The notes under the pieces are model-generated. The model was not told the origin of the DNA, did no database searches, and saw only the letters and a program-made list of their open reading frames with translations. 64,000 bases of DNA from Tagaea sp. Lineage in GTDB: Bacteria; Pseudomonadota; Alphaproteobacteria; CACIAM-22H2. This document shows positions 1 through 11,700 of this stretch, one piece after another. Both the position numbers and the translations under genes were made by a program. The stretch's first letter is position 1. Every line of letters begins with the position of its first letter. The DNA lies in the NCBI GenBank assembly GCA_965279525.1, contig CBDIIB010000003.1, forward strand, positions 512,001 to 576,000. Direction: 5' to 3'.

Positions 1-46
1 GCGGCCCTTGGGCCGCCCCCGTCCGTCTTTGGTATTCCGCCGGAAG
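1..46. repeat. Copy of the flagellin 3' flank, including part of the terminator hairpin; near-identical to 1174-1219
   Basis: gcggcccttgggccgcccccgtccgtctt...tattccgccggaag occurs downstream of both flagellin stop codons. Confidence 0.9.
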
Positions 47-865
47 TTAGCGGAAGAGGCCGAGCAGCACGGACGGCTGCTGGTTGGCGATGGACAGCGA
101 CTGGATGCCGAGCTGCTGGCGGACCTGCAGCGCCTGCACCGAGGCCGAGGCCTTGCCGATGTCGGCGTCGACGATGGCGCCGAGACCGGTCGTGGTCGCG
201 TCGACGATCGCGTTCACGAAGCTCGACTGCAGCGTCAGCGTGCGCGTTTCCGCCGCGTTGGCACCCAGCGAGCTGGCAACCGCCTGCGCGAAGGTGTTGA
301 GCGAGGTGAGCGCCAGCGTTGCCGCCGAAGCCGACGTGACCGACGAACCGTTGAAGGTCGTGAAGGCCGCGTTGACCGAGGACTGCGAGGTCATCGTCAG
401 CGTCACGGCGTTGGTGTCGGCAAGGAACGTCTTGGCGACCGAGGCGGCCGAAATCAGGTTCGTGCCGTTGTAGTTCGCCTGCGTGATGAAGTTGTTGATC
501 TGCGAGGTCATCGCGTTGAAGTCGGCGGTGTAGATCGTGCGCTGGTTGGCGCTGATCGACCCGTCGGCGAGCTGCGTGATCTTGGCCTGCAGGTTGCCGA
601 CCAGATCCGAGATGTTGGTGAGGGCGGCCTGCGTGACGGAGCCGAGGCCGACGCCGTTGGCGAGCGAGCCCTGGACGGCCTGATAGGCCTGCAGGTTGCC
701 GCGGATGCCCTGGGCGACCGAGAAGGTCGAGGCGTCGTCGGCAGCGTCCGCGACCCGGTAACCGGTCTGGACCTGCTTGGAGGCGACGTTGAGGGCGGAT
801 TGCGTGGTGCGCAGCGAGGCCAGAGCCACCATTGCGCCGACGTTGGTATTGATCGAGTTGGACAT
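47..865 (-). CDS. fliC: Flagellin (272 aa), paralog 1
   Basis: N-terminal SINTNVGAMVAL...TGYRVADAADDAS and C-terminal VDADIGKASA...QQLGIQSLSIANQQP..LLGLFR, typical of alphaproteobacterial flagellins. Confidence 0.96.
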   Translation of the reverse strand: MSNSINTNVGAMVALASLRTTQSALNVASKQVQTGYRVADAADDASTFSVAQGIRGNLQAYQAVQGSLANGVGLGSVTQAALTNISDLVGNLQAKITQLADGSISANQRTIYTADFNAMTSQINNFITQANYNGTNLISAASVAKTFLADTNAVTLTMTSQSSVNAAFTTFNGSSVTSASAATLALTSLNTFAQAVASSLGANAAETRTLTLQSSFVNAIVDATTTGLGAIVDADIGKASASVQALQVRQQLGIQSLSIANQQPSVLLGLFR

Positions 866-900
866 TGGGTTGGTACCTTTCCTTCTGGAAGTGGTTGCGG

Positions 901-912
901 CCGGCTTCTGCC
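901..912 (-). promoter_or_regulatory. Conserved flagellin 5'-leader motif GGCAGAAGCCGG (copy 1)
   Basis: Identical 12-mer about 35 nt upstream of both flagellin start codons, in otherwise diverged leaders. Confidence 0.55.
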
Positions 913-1066
913 GATCGGTCGTTGGACGAAGTAATCAGACCATGACGGTTGTAGGGCGTCACGGCAAAATTTGTTACAGCCGGAGCTGCCACGCGAACGG
1001 CGGCAAATCTCGCAAAAATGATCCGTCGATTAGTGATTTGATTTTAATGAAGATCTGGAATTTTGA

Positions 1067-1081
1067 TTAATCAGTGATTAA
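1067..1081. promoter_or_regulatory. CtrA box (TTAA-N7-TTAA)
   Basis: ttaa-tcagtga-ttaa exactly matches the CtrA consensus; lies in the AT-rich region about 200 bp upstream of flagellin 1. Confidence 0.65.
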
Positions 1082-1160
1082 TGCCCGCATCGATTACGGG
1101 GGCAGTCCCGCAAATTTTGCAACTCTTGAGCGCCGCCAAATTCGGTTTTCGGGGTGCCCC

Positions 1161-1195
1161 AAACGAAACGGGGGCGGCCCTTGGGCCGCCCCCGT
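1161..1195 (-). terminator. Rho-independent terminator of flagellin 2
   Basis: 13-bp perfect inverted repeat acgggggcggccc/gggccgcccccgt, followed on the minus strand by TTCGTTT. Confidence 0.8.
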
Positions 1196-1219
1196 CCGTC
1201 TTGGATATTCCGCCGGAAG

Positions 1220-2038
1220 TTAGCGGAAGAGGCCGAGCAGGATCGAAGGCTGCTGGTTGGCGATCGACAGCGACTGGATGCCGAGCTGCTGGCGGACCTG
1301 CAGCGACTGCACCGAGGCTGAGGCCTTGCCGATGTCGGCGTCGACGATGGCGCCCAGACCTGCCGTCGTGGCGTCGACGATCGCGTTCACGAAGTTCGAC
1401 TGCAGCGACATCGTGCGCGTCTGCGCGGCATTCCCGCCCAGCGCGGTCGAAACGGCCGTCGAGAACGTGGCGAGCGACGTGAGTGCAAGCGTTGCCGCCG
1501 AAGCCGAAGTGACCGAAGACGGCGTGAAGGTCGTGAAGGCCGCGCCGACTGTCGACTGCGCGGTCATCGTCAGCGCAACGCCGCTGGTGTCGGCAAGGAA
1601 CGTCTTGGCGGCGGAACCGAGCGAAAGAAGGTTCGTGCCGTTGTAGTTCGCCTGGCTGATGAAGTTCGCGACCTGCGAGGTCATCGCGCCGAAGTCGGCG
1701 GCGAAGATGGCGCGCTGTCCGGCGCTGATCGCCCCGTCGGCGAGCTGGGTGATCTTGGCCTGCATGTTGCCGACCAGGTCCGAAATCTGCGTGAGTGCCG
1801 CCTGCGTGACCGAGCCGAGGCCCACGCCGTTGGAGAGCGAACCCTGGACGGCCTGATAGGCCTGCAGGTTGCCGCGGATGCCCTGGGCGACCGAGAAGGT
1901 CGACGCGTCATCGGCAGCGTCCGCGACCCGGTAACCGGTCTGGACCTGCTTGGAGGCGACGTTGAGGGCGGATTGCGTGGTGCGCAGCGAGGCCAGAGCC
2001 ACCATCGCGCCGACATTGGTATTGATCGAATTCGCCAT
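1220..2038 (-). CDS. fliC: Flagellin (272 aa), paralog 2
   Basis: Start set at MANSINTNVG (RBS-like AAGGGA upstream); same length as paralog 1 with near-identical termini. Confidence 0.96.
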   Translation of the reverse strand: MANSINTNVGAMVALASLRTTQSALNVASKQVQTGYRVADAADDASTFSVAQGIRGNLQAYQAVQGSLSNGVGLGSVTQAALTQISDLVGNMQAKITQLADGAISAGQRAIFAADFGAMTSQVANFISQANYNGTNLLSLGSAAKTFLADTSGVALTMTAQSTVGAAFTTFTPSSVTSASAATLALTSLATFSTAVSTALGGNAAQTRTMSLQSNFVNAIVDATTAGLGAIVDADIGKASASVQSLQVRQQLGIQSLSIANQQPSILLGLFR

Positions 2039-2071
2039 TTTGGATTCCCTTCTTTCTGTGGGTAAATGGAA

Positions 2072-2083
2072 CCGGCTTCTGCC
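2072..2083 (-). promoter_or_regulatory. Conserved flagellin 5'-leader motif GGCAGAAGCCGG (copy 2)
   Basis: Identical to 901-912, with similar spacing to the ATG. Confidence 0.55.
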
Positions 2084-2307
2084 AGTCCCTTCTGTCGTGC
2101 GGACAGACAACCATGAGGCGCATCGAAAAATCTTCAAAAAAATTTTGCGGATCAATACGTTAGTAGGCTATTTTGTGGAAAAATGATGTCTCAAAAATTT
2201 CCATATTTATGACGTTGCACAACAATTCCAGATTGCTAAAAAAGTTGAAAAAAGTTTTTAGATGCCAAATTGGAGCGCGGGTACAGATTCCCCGTTCTGC
2301 AGCCCGA

Positions 2308-2336
2308 TTGACGCCGGACGGCAAGCCGAGTACGAG
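2308..2336 (+). promoter_or_regulatory. Putative sigma70 promoter for tRNA-Leu/tig
   Basis: TTGACG-N17-TACGAG. Confidence 0.5.
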
Positions 2337-2369
2337 GGGCGCCCCAAATGCCGCAGAAATGCCGGCCGT

Positions 2370-2454
2370 GCGGGCGTGGTGAAACTGGTAGACACGCGAG
2401 ATTTAGGTTCTCGTGACGTAAGTCGTGGGGGTTCAAGTCCCTCCGCCCGCACCA
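2370..2454 (+). tRNA. tRNA-Leu (TAG)
   Basis: Cloverleaf with GCGGGCG acceptor stem, anticodon arm cgaga-tt-TAG-gt-tctcg, long variable arm, GGTTCAAGTCC T-loop and encoded CCA. Confidence 0.96.
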
Positions 2455-2522
2455 GTTTCGAACTTCGCCCCGGACGTGCCGACGGCCCCTGCCGGTCCCC
2501 GAAAATCCGCAAGTGGGATACC

Positions 2523-3848
2523 ATGCAAGTCACCGAAACACTGAATGACGGTCTGAAGCGCGGCTACAAGGTCGTCGTCTCGGCCACCGATATCGCCGCC
2601 AAGATCGAGATCGAACTGGACGACCTTTCCAAGAAGGTCAACCTGCCGGGCTTCCGTCCGGGCAAGGCGCCCAAGGGCGTGCTCAAGCAGCGCTACGGCC
2701 AGTCGGTCATGGGCGACGTGCTCCAGCGCGCGGTGCAGGACTCGTCGAGCCAGGCGATCCTCGAGCGCGGCCTGAAGCCGGCGCTGCAGCCGAAGATCGA
2801 GGTCGTCAGCTTCGCCGAAGGCAAGGACCTCGAGTACAACCTCGCGGTCGAGGTGCTGCCGGAAATCGCACCGGTCGATTTCAAGTCGATCGAACTCGTG
2901 CGCCTGAAGGCGGAGCCCGGCGAAACCGAGATCGTCAAGGCCCTCGACAGCCTCGCGCGCTCGCAAAAGCAGACCAAGAAGGTCGAGGACAAGCGCCCGG
3001 CGAAGTCCGGCGACACGCTCGTCATCGATTTCGAGGGCTTCCTCGACGGCGTGCCGTTCAACGGCGGCAAGGGCAGCGACCACGCGCTCGAGCTGGGCTC
3101 GAACCAGTTCGTCAAGGGCTTCGAGGACCAGCTGGTCGGCAAGCAGGTCGGCGACAAGTGCGACGTCAACATCGTCTTCCCCGAGCAGTACGTGAACGAC
3201 CAGCTTGCGGGCAAGCCCGCGACCTTCAAGGTCGAGATCAAGGAACTTCGCGAAGCGGTCCCGCTGGTGCAGGACGACGAGTTCGCCAAGGGCCTCGGTT
3301 TCGACGATCTCGAGACGCTGAAGAAGGCGGTCAAGGACCAGCTCGCCCGCGAGCTGACGCGCCATGCCCGCACCAAGCTGAAGCGCCAGCTGCTCGACAA
3401 GCTCGCCGACGCGCACAGCTTCGCCGTGCCCCCGGGCATGGTCGATGCCGAGTTCGCCCAGATCTGGGGCCAGGTCGAGGAAGAGCGCAAGCGCGGCTAC
3501 GAGGATCCCGAGCACAAGGGCAAGTCGGACGACGACATCAAGGCGGACTACCGGAAGATCGCCGAGCGTCGCGTGCGCCTGGGCCTGCTGCTTGCCGAAA
3601 TCGGCACCACCAACAACGTCCAGGTGGCGCAGGAAGAGGTCAACCGGGCGCTGGCCGAGCAGGCCCGCCGCTATCCCGGCCAGGAGCGCGAGATCGTCGA
3701 CCTCTACCGCAAGAACCCCGAGGCGCTCGCCCAGCTTCGCGCGCCGATCTTCGAGGACAAGGTGATCGACTTCATCGTCGAGCTCGCCAAGGTCACCGAA
3801 AAGGAAGTCTCGTCCGAGGAACTGACCAAGGAAGACGAAGCCGCCTGA
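2523..3848 (+). CDS. tig: Trigger factor
   Basis: MQVTETL start, GFRPGKAP ribosome-binding motif, FKBP-like domain (IDFEGFLDG...[15 protein letters not shown]). Confidence 0.97.
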   Translation: MQVTETLNDGLKRGYKVVVSATDIAAKIEIELDDLSKKVNLPGFRPGKAPKGVLKQRYGQSVMGDVLQRAVQDSSSQAILERGLKPALQPKIEVVSFAEGKDLEYNLAVEVLPEIAPVDFKSIELVRLKAEPGETEIVKALDSLARSQKQTKKVEDKRPAKSGDTLVIDFEGFLDGVPFNGGKGSDHALELGSNQFVKGFEDQLVGKQVGDKCDVNIVFPEQYVNDQLAGKPATFKVEIKELREAVPLVQDDEFAKGLGFDDLETLKKAVKDQLARELTRHARTKLKRQLLDKLADAHSFAVPPGMVDAEFAQIWGQVEEERKRGYEDPEHKGKSDDDIKADYRKIAERRVRLGLLLAEIGTTNNVQVAQEEVNRALAEQARRYPGQEREIVDLYRKNPEALAQLRAPIFEDKVIDFIVELAKVTEKEVSSEELTKEDEAA

Positions 3849-3872
3849 CCGGCGGTTTCGTGGGAAATCCTG

Positions 3873-3911
3873 CGGCGGCGCGAGACAAGATCGCGCCGCC
3901 GTTTTCTTTTT
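3873..3911 (+). terminator. Rho-independent terminator after tig
   Basis: 11-bp stem cggcggcgcga/tcgcgccgccg followed by ttttcttttt. Confidence 0.85.
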
Positions 3912-3920
3912 GCCGGATCA

Positions 3921-3953
3921 CTTGATCGCCCGAGCGCGACCGGCCTACATATA
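3921..3953 (+). promoter_or_regulatory. Putative RpoH (sigma32)-type promoter of clpP
   Basis: CTTGATCG...CCTACATATA resembles the alphaproteobacterial CTTG-N~17-19-CCTATAT consensus; the same CTTGATCG occurs before lon. Confidence 0.45.
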
Positions 3954-4005
3954 TTCCAGACCGCTGCTGTTCCAGACTGCCGCGCCAATCCCGGGAGCCC
4001 TGCCA

Positions 4006-4638
4006 ATGTCGATCGACGTCCAGATGAACACCCTCGTGCCGATGGTCGTCGAACAGACGGCGCGCGGCGAACGTGCCTTCGACATCTATTCGCGCCTCCT
4101 CAAGGAGCGCATCATTTTCATGGTCGGCCCCGTCAACGACGCCGTGTCGAGCCTGATCTGCGCGCAGCTCCTGTTCCTCGAGAGCGAGAACCCCAAGAAG
4201 GACATCTCGCTCTACGTGAATTCGCCGGGCGGCGTCGTCACGTCGGGTCTCGCGATCTACGACACGATGCAGTACATCCGCCCGGACGTGGCGACGGTGT
4301 GCATCGGCCAGGCAGCCTCGATGGGTTCGCTGCTGCTGAGCGCGGGCGCCAAGGGCAAGCGCTTCTCGCTGCCCAACTCGCGCATCATGGTCCACCAGCC
4401 CTCGGGCGGCGCCCAGGGGCAGGCGACGGACATCGAGATCCAGGCGCGCGAGATCCTGAACCTGCGCAAGCGCCTCAACGAGATCTACGTGCGCCACACC
4501 GGCCAGCCGGTCGAGGCGATCGAGACCGCCCTCGAGCGCGACAAGTTCATGAACCCCGACGAGGCCAAGTCGTTCGGCCTCATCGACGAGGTCGTGACCG
4601 AGCGTCCGCCGCGGCCCGACGAAGCCAAGGCCGCCTGA
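4006..4638 (+). CDS. clpP: ATP-dependent Clp protease proteolytic subunit
   Basis: [29 protein letters not shown] (catalytic Ser), MVHQPSGG. Confidence 0.98.
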   Translation: MSIDVQMNTLVPMVVEQTARGERAFDIYSRLLKERIIFMVGPVNDAVSSLICAQLLFLESENPKKDISLYVNSPGGVVTSGLAIYDTMQYIRPDVATVCIGQAASMGSLLLSAGAKGKRFSLPNSRIMVHQPSGGAQGQATDIEIQAREILNLRKRLNEIYVRHTGQPVEAIETALERDKFMNPDEAKSFGLIDEVVTERPPRPDEAKAA

Positions 4639-4680
4639 TCTCCCTGTTGGGGATGCGGGTTTCGAGGTCTGGCACGCGGC

Positions 4681-4709
4681 TTGTATCGTTGCAGCCGTGA
4701 CCCTATTCT
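4681..4709 (+). promoter_or_regulatory. Putative sigma70 promoter of clpX
   Basis: TTGTAT-N17-TATTCT. Confidence 0.5.
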
Positions 4710-4865
4710 TGTTCCGTCGCAGTGCGCATTCGTTCCCCGTGGGTTCCTGTTCGGTTTGCCCCGGCGGGAACGGCAGGTCCGGTTGCCGCAGCGGCAGGTG
4801 AGGGCTAACATCCAACCAAGTCCGGAGTCCCAATCCAGGGGCCGTCCGGACGGAGCGGTGACGGA

Positions 4866-6131
4866 ATGAACAAGTCCTCGGGCGATTCGAAGAACACCCT
4901 TTACTGCTCGTTCTGCGGCAAGAGCCAGCATGAGGTCCGCAAGCTGATCGCGGGCCCGACGGTATTCATCTGCGATGAATGCGTCGAACTGTGCATGGAC
5001 ATCATCCGCGAAGAGCACAAGACCACGCTGGTCAAGTCGCGCGACGGCGTGCCCACGCCCAAGGACATCTGCACGGTCCTCGACGACTACGTGATCGGCC
5101 AGGACCACGCCAAGAAGGTTCTCTCGGTCGCCGTGCACAACCACTACAAGCGCCTGTCGCATGGCCAGAAGGGCAACGAAGTCGAGATCGCCAAGTCGAA
5201 CATCCTGCTGGTCGGCCCGACGGGCTGCGGCAAGACGCTCTTGGCGCAGACGCTCGCGCGCATCATCGACGTGCCGTTCACGATGGCGGACGCCACGACG
5301 CTGACCGAAGCCGGCTATGTCGGCGAGGACGTCGAGAACATCATCCTGCGGCTGCTGCAGGCGGCCGACTACAACGTCGAGCGCGCCCAGCGCGGCATCG
5401 TCTATATCGACGAGGTCGACAAGATCAGCCGCAAGTCCGAGAACCCGTCGATCACGCGCGACGTGTCGGGCGAGGGCGTGCAGCAGGCCCTGCTGAAGAT
5501 CATGGAAGGCACGGTCGCCTCGGTTCCTCCGCAGGGCGGGCGCAAGCACCCCCAGCAGGAGTTCCTGCAGGTCGACACGACCAACATCCTGTTCATCTGC
5601 GGCGGCGCGTTCGCCGGCCTCGACAAGATCATCGCGGCGCGCTCGCGCGGCACGTCGATCGGCTTTGGCGCCGACGTGCGCGGCCCCGACGAGCGGACCA
5701 CGGGCCAGATCCTCAAGGACGTCGAGCCGGAGGATCTGCTCAAGTTCGGCCTGATCCCCGAATTCATCGGCCGCCTGCCGGTGGTGGCCACGCTCACCGA
5801 TCTTTCGGAAGACGCGCTGGTCGACATCCTGCAGAAGCCGAAGAACGCGCTGGTCAAGCAGTACCAGCGCCTGTTCGACATGGAAGGGATCAAGCTCTCG
5901 TTCTCGGACGACGCGATGAAGTCGGTCGCGCGCAAGGCGATCGCGCGCAAGACCGGTGCCCGCGGCCTTCGTTCGATCATGGAAGTGATCCTGCTGGAGA
6001 CCATGTTCGAACTGCCCGGCATGACCGGCGTCGAAGAGGTCGTGATCAACAGCGAAGTCGTCGAAGGTCGCGCCAAACCCCTGCACGTGCATGGCGAACG
6101 CCCGCCGGCACAGGTCGGAACCTCGGCTTGA
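4866..6131 (+). CDS. clpX: ATP-dependent Clp protease ATP-binding subunit ClpX
   Basis: CSFCGK...CDECV zinc finger, GPTGCGKT Walker A, GRKHP and IGF loops. Confidence 0.98.
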   Translation: MNKSSGDSKNTLYCSFCGKSQHEVRKLIAGPTVFICDECVELCMDIIREEHKTTLVKSRDGVPTPKDICTVLDDYVIGQDHAKKVLSVAVHNHYKRLSHGQKGNEVEIAKSNILLVGPTGCGKTLLAQTLARIIDVPFTMADATTLTEAGYVGEDVENIILRLLQAADYNVERAQRGIVYIDEVDKISRKSENPSITRDVSGEGVQQALLKIMEGTVASVPPQGGRKHPQQEFLQVDTTNILFICGGAFAGLDKIIAARSRGTSIGFGADVRGPDERTTGQILKDVEPEDLLKFGLIPEFIGRLPVVATLTDLSEDALVDILQKPKNALVKQYQRLFDMEGIKLSFSDDAMKSVARKAIARKTGARGLRSIMEVILLETMFELPGMTGVEEVVINSEVVEGRAKPLHVHGERPPAQVGTSA

Positions 6132-6142
6132 CAGTGCGCGCC

Positions 6143-6174
6143 CTTGATCGGGCGCGCCCTTCGGCCCAATTTAT
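6143..6174 (+). promoter_or_regulatory. Putative RpoH-type promoter of lon
   Basis: CTTGATCG...CCCAATTTAT; parallels the clpP upstream element. Confidence 0.4.
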
Positions 6175-6281
6175 CCGGATGAGGCCCGCCATTCCGGGGC
6201 TTTTTATGTAGCGGACGGACGGGAATCGCTCCCACGATGGGGGATGACCGGCCGGGCCGGCGACGAGGAAAGACAGTCCAT

Positions 6282-8684
<2,403 letters not shown>

Positions 8685-8797
8685 CGTCATTCGTCATTTT
8701 CGAACGTCCGACGGCCGGAGTGCAAAACGCCCTCCGGCCGTCGTCGCATGTGCGGATTGTCAAGCCGCAATTCCTGTGGGTTTTTCGCGCCACGCGA

Positions 8798-8826
8798 TTG
8801 ACGACGGCGGACGACACGCCTAGAAC
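8798..8826 (+). promoter_or_regulatory. Putative sigma70 promoter of HU
   Basis: TTGACG-N17-TAGAAC. Confidence 0.5.
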
Positions 8827-8899
8827 GGGTTTCGTTTTGCGGAAGGCGGCTACCGCCGGTCGCATCGCTCGCATCCAACGACGGGAGCCAGGCCGGCCC

Positions 8900-9172
8900 G
8901 TGAACAAGAACGATTTGGTCGCGGCCGTCGCCGCACGGACGGATCTCTCGAAGGATCAGGCGGCTTCGGCGCTCGATGCCGCGCTTGAGACGATCGCGCG
9001 CCAGCTTCGCAAGGGCGAAGACGTCAAGCTGTTCGGCTTCGGCACCTTCTATGTCGCCATGCGCAAGGCCAGCGAAGGCCGCAACCCGCGCACCGGCGAG
9101 ACGATCCGCCTGAAGGCGAGCCGCTGTCCCAAGTTCAAGGCCGGCAAGTTCCTGCGCGACGGCCTCAAGTAA
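8900..9172 (+). CDS. hup: DNA-binding protein HU (GTG start)
   Basis: [10 protein letters not shown]...GFGTF...[10 protein letters not shown]...PKFKAGK signature; usual position after lon. Confidence 0.95.
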   Translation: MNKNDLVAAVAARTDLSKDQAASALDAALETIARQLRKGEDVKLFGFGTFYVAMRKASEGRNPRTGETIRLKASRCPKFKAGKFLRDGLK

Positions 9173-9173
9173 C

Positions 9174-9248
9174 GGGCGGTTAGCTCAGCGGCAGAGCGTC
9201 TCGTTTACACCGAGAGTGTCGGGGGTTCGATCCCCTCACCGCCCACCA
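9174..9248 (+). tRNA. tRNA-Val (TAC)
   Basis: GGGCGGTTAGCTCAG start, anticodon arm tctcg-tt-TAC-ac-cgaga, GGTTCGATCCC T-loop, CCA end. Confidence 0.96.
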
Positions 9249-9252
9249 TCCA

Positions 9253-9263
9253 TCCATTGCGGG
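9253..9263 (+). repeat. 11-bp direct repeat TCCATTGCGGG (second copy at 10458-10468) flanking mtnA
   Basis: Exact match at both ends of the mtnA segment; the second copy includes the first 5 nt of tRNA-Asp. Confidence 0.6.
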
Positions 9264-9272
9264 TATCGGCGC

Positions 9273-10382
9273 ATGAAAGTCGACGGCAGGCACTATCGTA
9301 CCATCTGGCCCGCCGCGGATGGCGGTGCCGTCGAGGTCATCGACCAGACGAAGCTGCCCCACCGCTTCGAGACCGTCCGCCTGGCGACGCTCGCGGACGC
9401 CGCGCGCGCGATCAAGACGATGATCGTGCGCGGCGCCCCGCTGATCGGTGCCACCGCCGCCTACGGCGTGGCGCTCGGCATGGATGCGGACGCGAGCGAT
9501 GCGGGACTTGGCCGGGCCTATGACACACTCGTCGTCACGCGGCCGACCGCGATCAACCTGCGCTGGGCGCTCGACCGCGTGCGCGACCGACTGCGGCCGC
9601 TGGCGCCTTCCGCGCGCGCCGCGGCGGCATGGGCGCTCGCCGGCGAGATCTGCGACGAGGACGTGGCGATCTGCGAGGCGATCGGGCGCAACGGCCTCGG
9701 GCTGATAAAGCAGGCCTACGAGAAGAAGGGCGGGAAGGGGCCGGTCAACGTCCTGACCCACTGCAACGCCGGCTGGCTCGCGACGGTCGACTGGGGAACG
9801 GCGATCGCGCCCATCTACATGGCGCACGATGCCGGCATCCCCGTCCATGTCTGGGTCGACGAGACCCGGCCGCGCAACCAGGGCGCCTCGCTGACGGCAT
9901 GGGAACTCGGCCGGCACGGCGTGGCGCACCATATCGTCGTCGACAATGCCGGCGGCCATCTGATGCAGCACGGCCTCGTCGACCTGTGCATCGTCGGGAC
10001 CGACCGCGTGACGGCGCAGGGCGACGTCTGCAACAAGATCGGCACGTATCTGAAGGCATTGGCCGCGCGCGACAACGGCGTGCCGTTCTATGTGGCGCTA
10101 CCCAGCCCGACGATCGACTGGACCGTCGTGGACGGCGTGAAGGAAATCCCGATCGAGGAGCGTGGGCCCGCCGAAGTCACCCGGATGAGCGGCCGCCTTG
10201 CCGACGGCAGCGTCGTCGAGGTCGATATCGCGGCCCCCGGCAGCCCGGCGCGCAACGACGCCTTCGACGTGACGCCGGCGCGCCTGGTGACGGCGCTGGT
10301 GACCGAGCGGGGCGTATGCGACGCCACGCCGGCCGGCCTGCGCGGGCTCTTTCCCCAGCAAAAGCAGGCCGCCACGCGCTAG
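9273..10382 (+). CDS. mtnA: S-methyl-5-thioribose-1-phosphate isomerase
   Basis: [57 protein letters not shown] motifs. Confidence 0.95.
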   Translation: MKVDGRHYRTIWPAADGGAVEVIDQTKLPHRFETVRLATLADAARAIKTMIVRGAPLIGATAAYGVALGMDADASDAGLGRAYDTLVVTRPTAINLRWALDRVRDRLRPLAPSARAAAAWALAGEICDEDVAICEAIGRNGLGLIKQAYEKKGGKGPVNVLTHCNAGWLATVDWGTAIAPIYMAHDAGIPVHVWVDETRPRNQGASLTAWELGRHGVAHHIVVDNAGGHLMQHGLVDLCIVGTDRVTAQGDVCNKIGTYLKALAARDNGVPFYVALPSPTIDWTVVDGVKEIPIEERGPAEVTRMSGRLADGSVVEVDIAAPGSPARNDAFDVTPARLVTALVTERGVCDATPAGLRGLFPQQKQAATR

Positions 10383-10407
10383 TGCCGGTGGCCGCGGGCC
10401 GGATCGC

Positions 10408-10436
10408 TTGACGGGGCCTGCCCGGCCCGGTACATA
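10408..10436 (+). promoter_or_regulatory. Putative sigma70 promoter of tRNA-Asp
   Basis: TTGACG-N17-TACATA. Confidence 0.6.
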
Positions 10437-10463
10437 CGCCGGGCTTTTCGGGCGGAGTCCATT

Positions 10464-10540
<77 letters not shown>

Positions 10541-10569
10541 CTCCCCCGACCAGACGAATGTTGCAGTTC

Positions 10570-10606
10570 CAGCGCCCGTCATCCTTCCGGATGGCGGGCG
10601 TTGTTG
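10570..10606 (+). terminator. Hairpin, probable terminator after tRNA-Asp
   Basis: cagcgcccgtcatcc/ggatggcgggcgttg stem (with G-U pairs); weak U-tract. Confidence 0.5.
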
Positions 10607-10770
10607 CATTGCAGTAGATTTCGTTAACCGGACTTGGTCTAAGCTTCGGAATCGTGACCGCCCGGAGTCGGACGGAACGACCTAAATTGTTGGCAAAGCA
10701 GGGCGCATTGGCCTATACGAAGGGTCGGTATGGCCCGAGTGGCCTTGCGGCGGGGGTTTTGGGGGATCCG

Positions 10771-11145
10771 ATGGACGCGCACGCGGAACTGCTTCGCGAG
10801 TATCTGCCGATCCTGCTCTTTTTGGGCCTCGCAATCGCGCTCTCGGTCGCGATGGTCGTCGCCTCGCTGGTCATCGCCCGCCAGCGCCCGGATGCCGAGA
10901 AATTGTCGTCCTACGAATGCGGCTTCGAGCCCTTCGACGACGCGCGTCGCAAGTTCGACGTGCGCTTCTATCTCGTCGCGATCCTGTTCATCATTTTCGA
11001 CCTCGAGGTCGCCTTCCTGTTCCCATGGGCGGTGGCGCTCGGCGAAATCGGCATGTTCGGCTTCTGGTCGATGGTCGTCTTCCTCGGCGTGCTGACCATC
11101 GGGTTCATCTACGAATGGAAGAAAGGTGCTCTCGAATGGGAGTGA
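10771..11145 (+). CDS. nuoA: NADH-quinone oxidoreductase subunit A
   Basis: [35 protein letters not shown]. Confidence 0.97.
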   Translation: MDAHAELLREYLPILLFLGLAIALSVAMVVASLVIARQRPDAEKLSSYECGFEPFDDARRKFDVRFYLVAILFIIFDLEVAFLFPWAVALGEIGMFGFWSMVVFLGVLTIGFIYEWKKGALEWE

Positions 11146-11684
11146 TCGAAGCCCACGGCCGGGGCGGCCCGCTGCCGCCGGGTCCCGCACAGGACGCGCT
11201 GCTCAAGGCCGCGACCGACGAGATGCAGGACAAGGGCTTCGTCGTGGCCCAGGTCGACAAGCTCGTGAGCTGGGCGCGCACGGGTTCGCTGTGGCCGATG
11301 ACCTTCGGGCTCGCGTGCTGTGCGGTCGAGATGATGCACACCGCCGCCAGCCGCTACGACCTTGATCGCTTCGGCATGGTCTTCCGGCCGAGCCCGCGCC
11401 AGTCCGACGTGATGATCGTCGCGGGCACGCTCACCAACAAGATGGCGCCCGCCCTGCGCAAGGTCTACGACCAGATGGCCGAGCCGCGCTGGGTTTTGTC
11501 GATGGGCAGCTGCGCCAACGGCGGCGGCTACTACCACTACTCCTATTCTGTGGTGCGCGGCTGCGACCGGATCGTTCCGGTCGACGTTTACGTGCCGGGA
11601 TGCCCGCCGACGGCCGAAGCGCTGCTCTACGGCATCATGCAGCTTCAGAAAAAGATCAAGCGCACCACGAGCATACTTCGCTAG
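11136..11684 (+). CDS. nuoB: NADH-quinone oxidoreductase subunit B
   Basis: [26 protein letters not shown]. Confidence 0.97.
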   Translation: MGVIEAHGRGGPLPPGPAQDALLKAATDEMQDKGFVVAQVDKLVSWARTGSLWPMTFGLACCAVEMMHTAASRYDLDRFGMVFRPSPRQSDVMIVAGTLTNKMAPALRKVYDQMAEPRWVLSMGSCANGGGYYHYSYSVVRGCDRIVPVDVYVPGCPPTAEALLYGIMQLQKKIKRTTSILR

Positions 11685-11700
11685 GGGTCTGGGGAATCGA

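Noticed and set aside
930-1020. Sigma54 or sigma28 promoter for the flagellins
   Set aside because: Candidate GG/GC pairs have the wrong spacing (8-9 nt rather than 10), and no TAAA-N15-GCCGATAA match was found
2262-2522. N-terminal extension of trigger factor in the ORF track
   Set aside because: It runs through tRNA-Leu; the real start is MQVTET at 2523. Similar over-extended starts were trimmed for many genes
6183-6206. Possible terminator between clpX and lon (gccc...gggc ttttt)
   Set aside because: The stem is only about 4-5 bp, too weak to call
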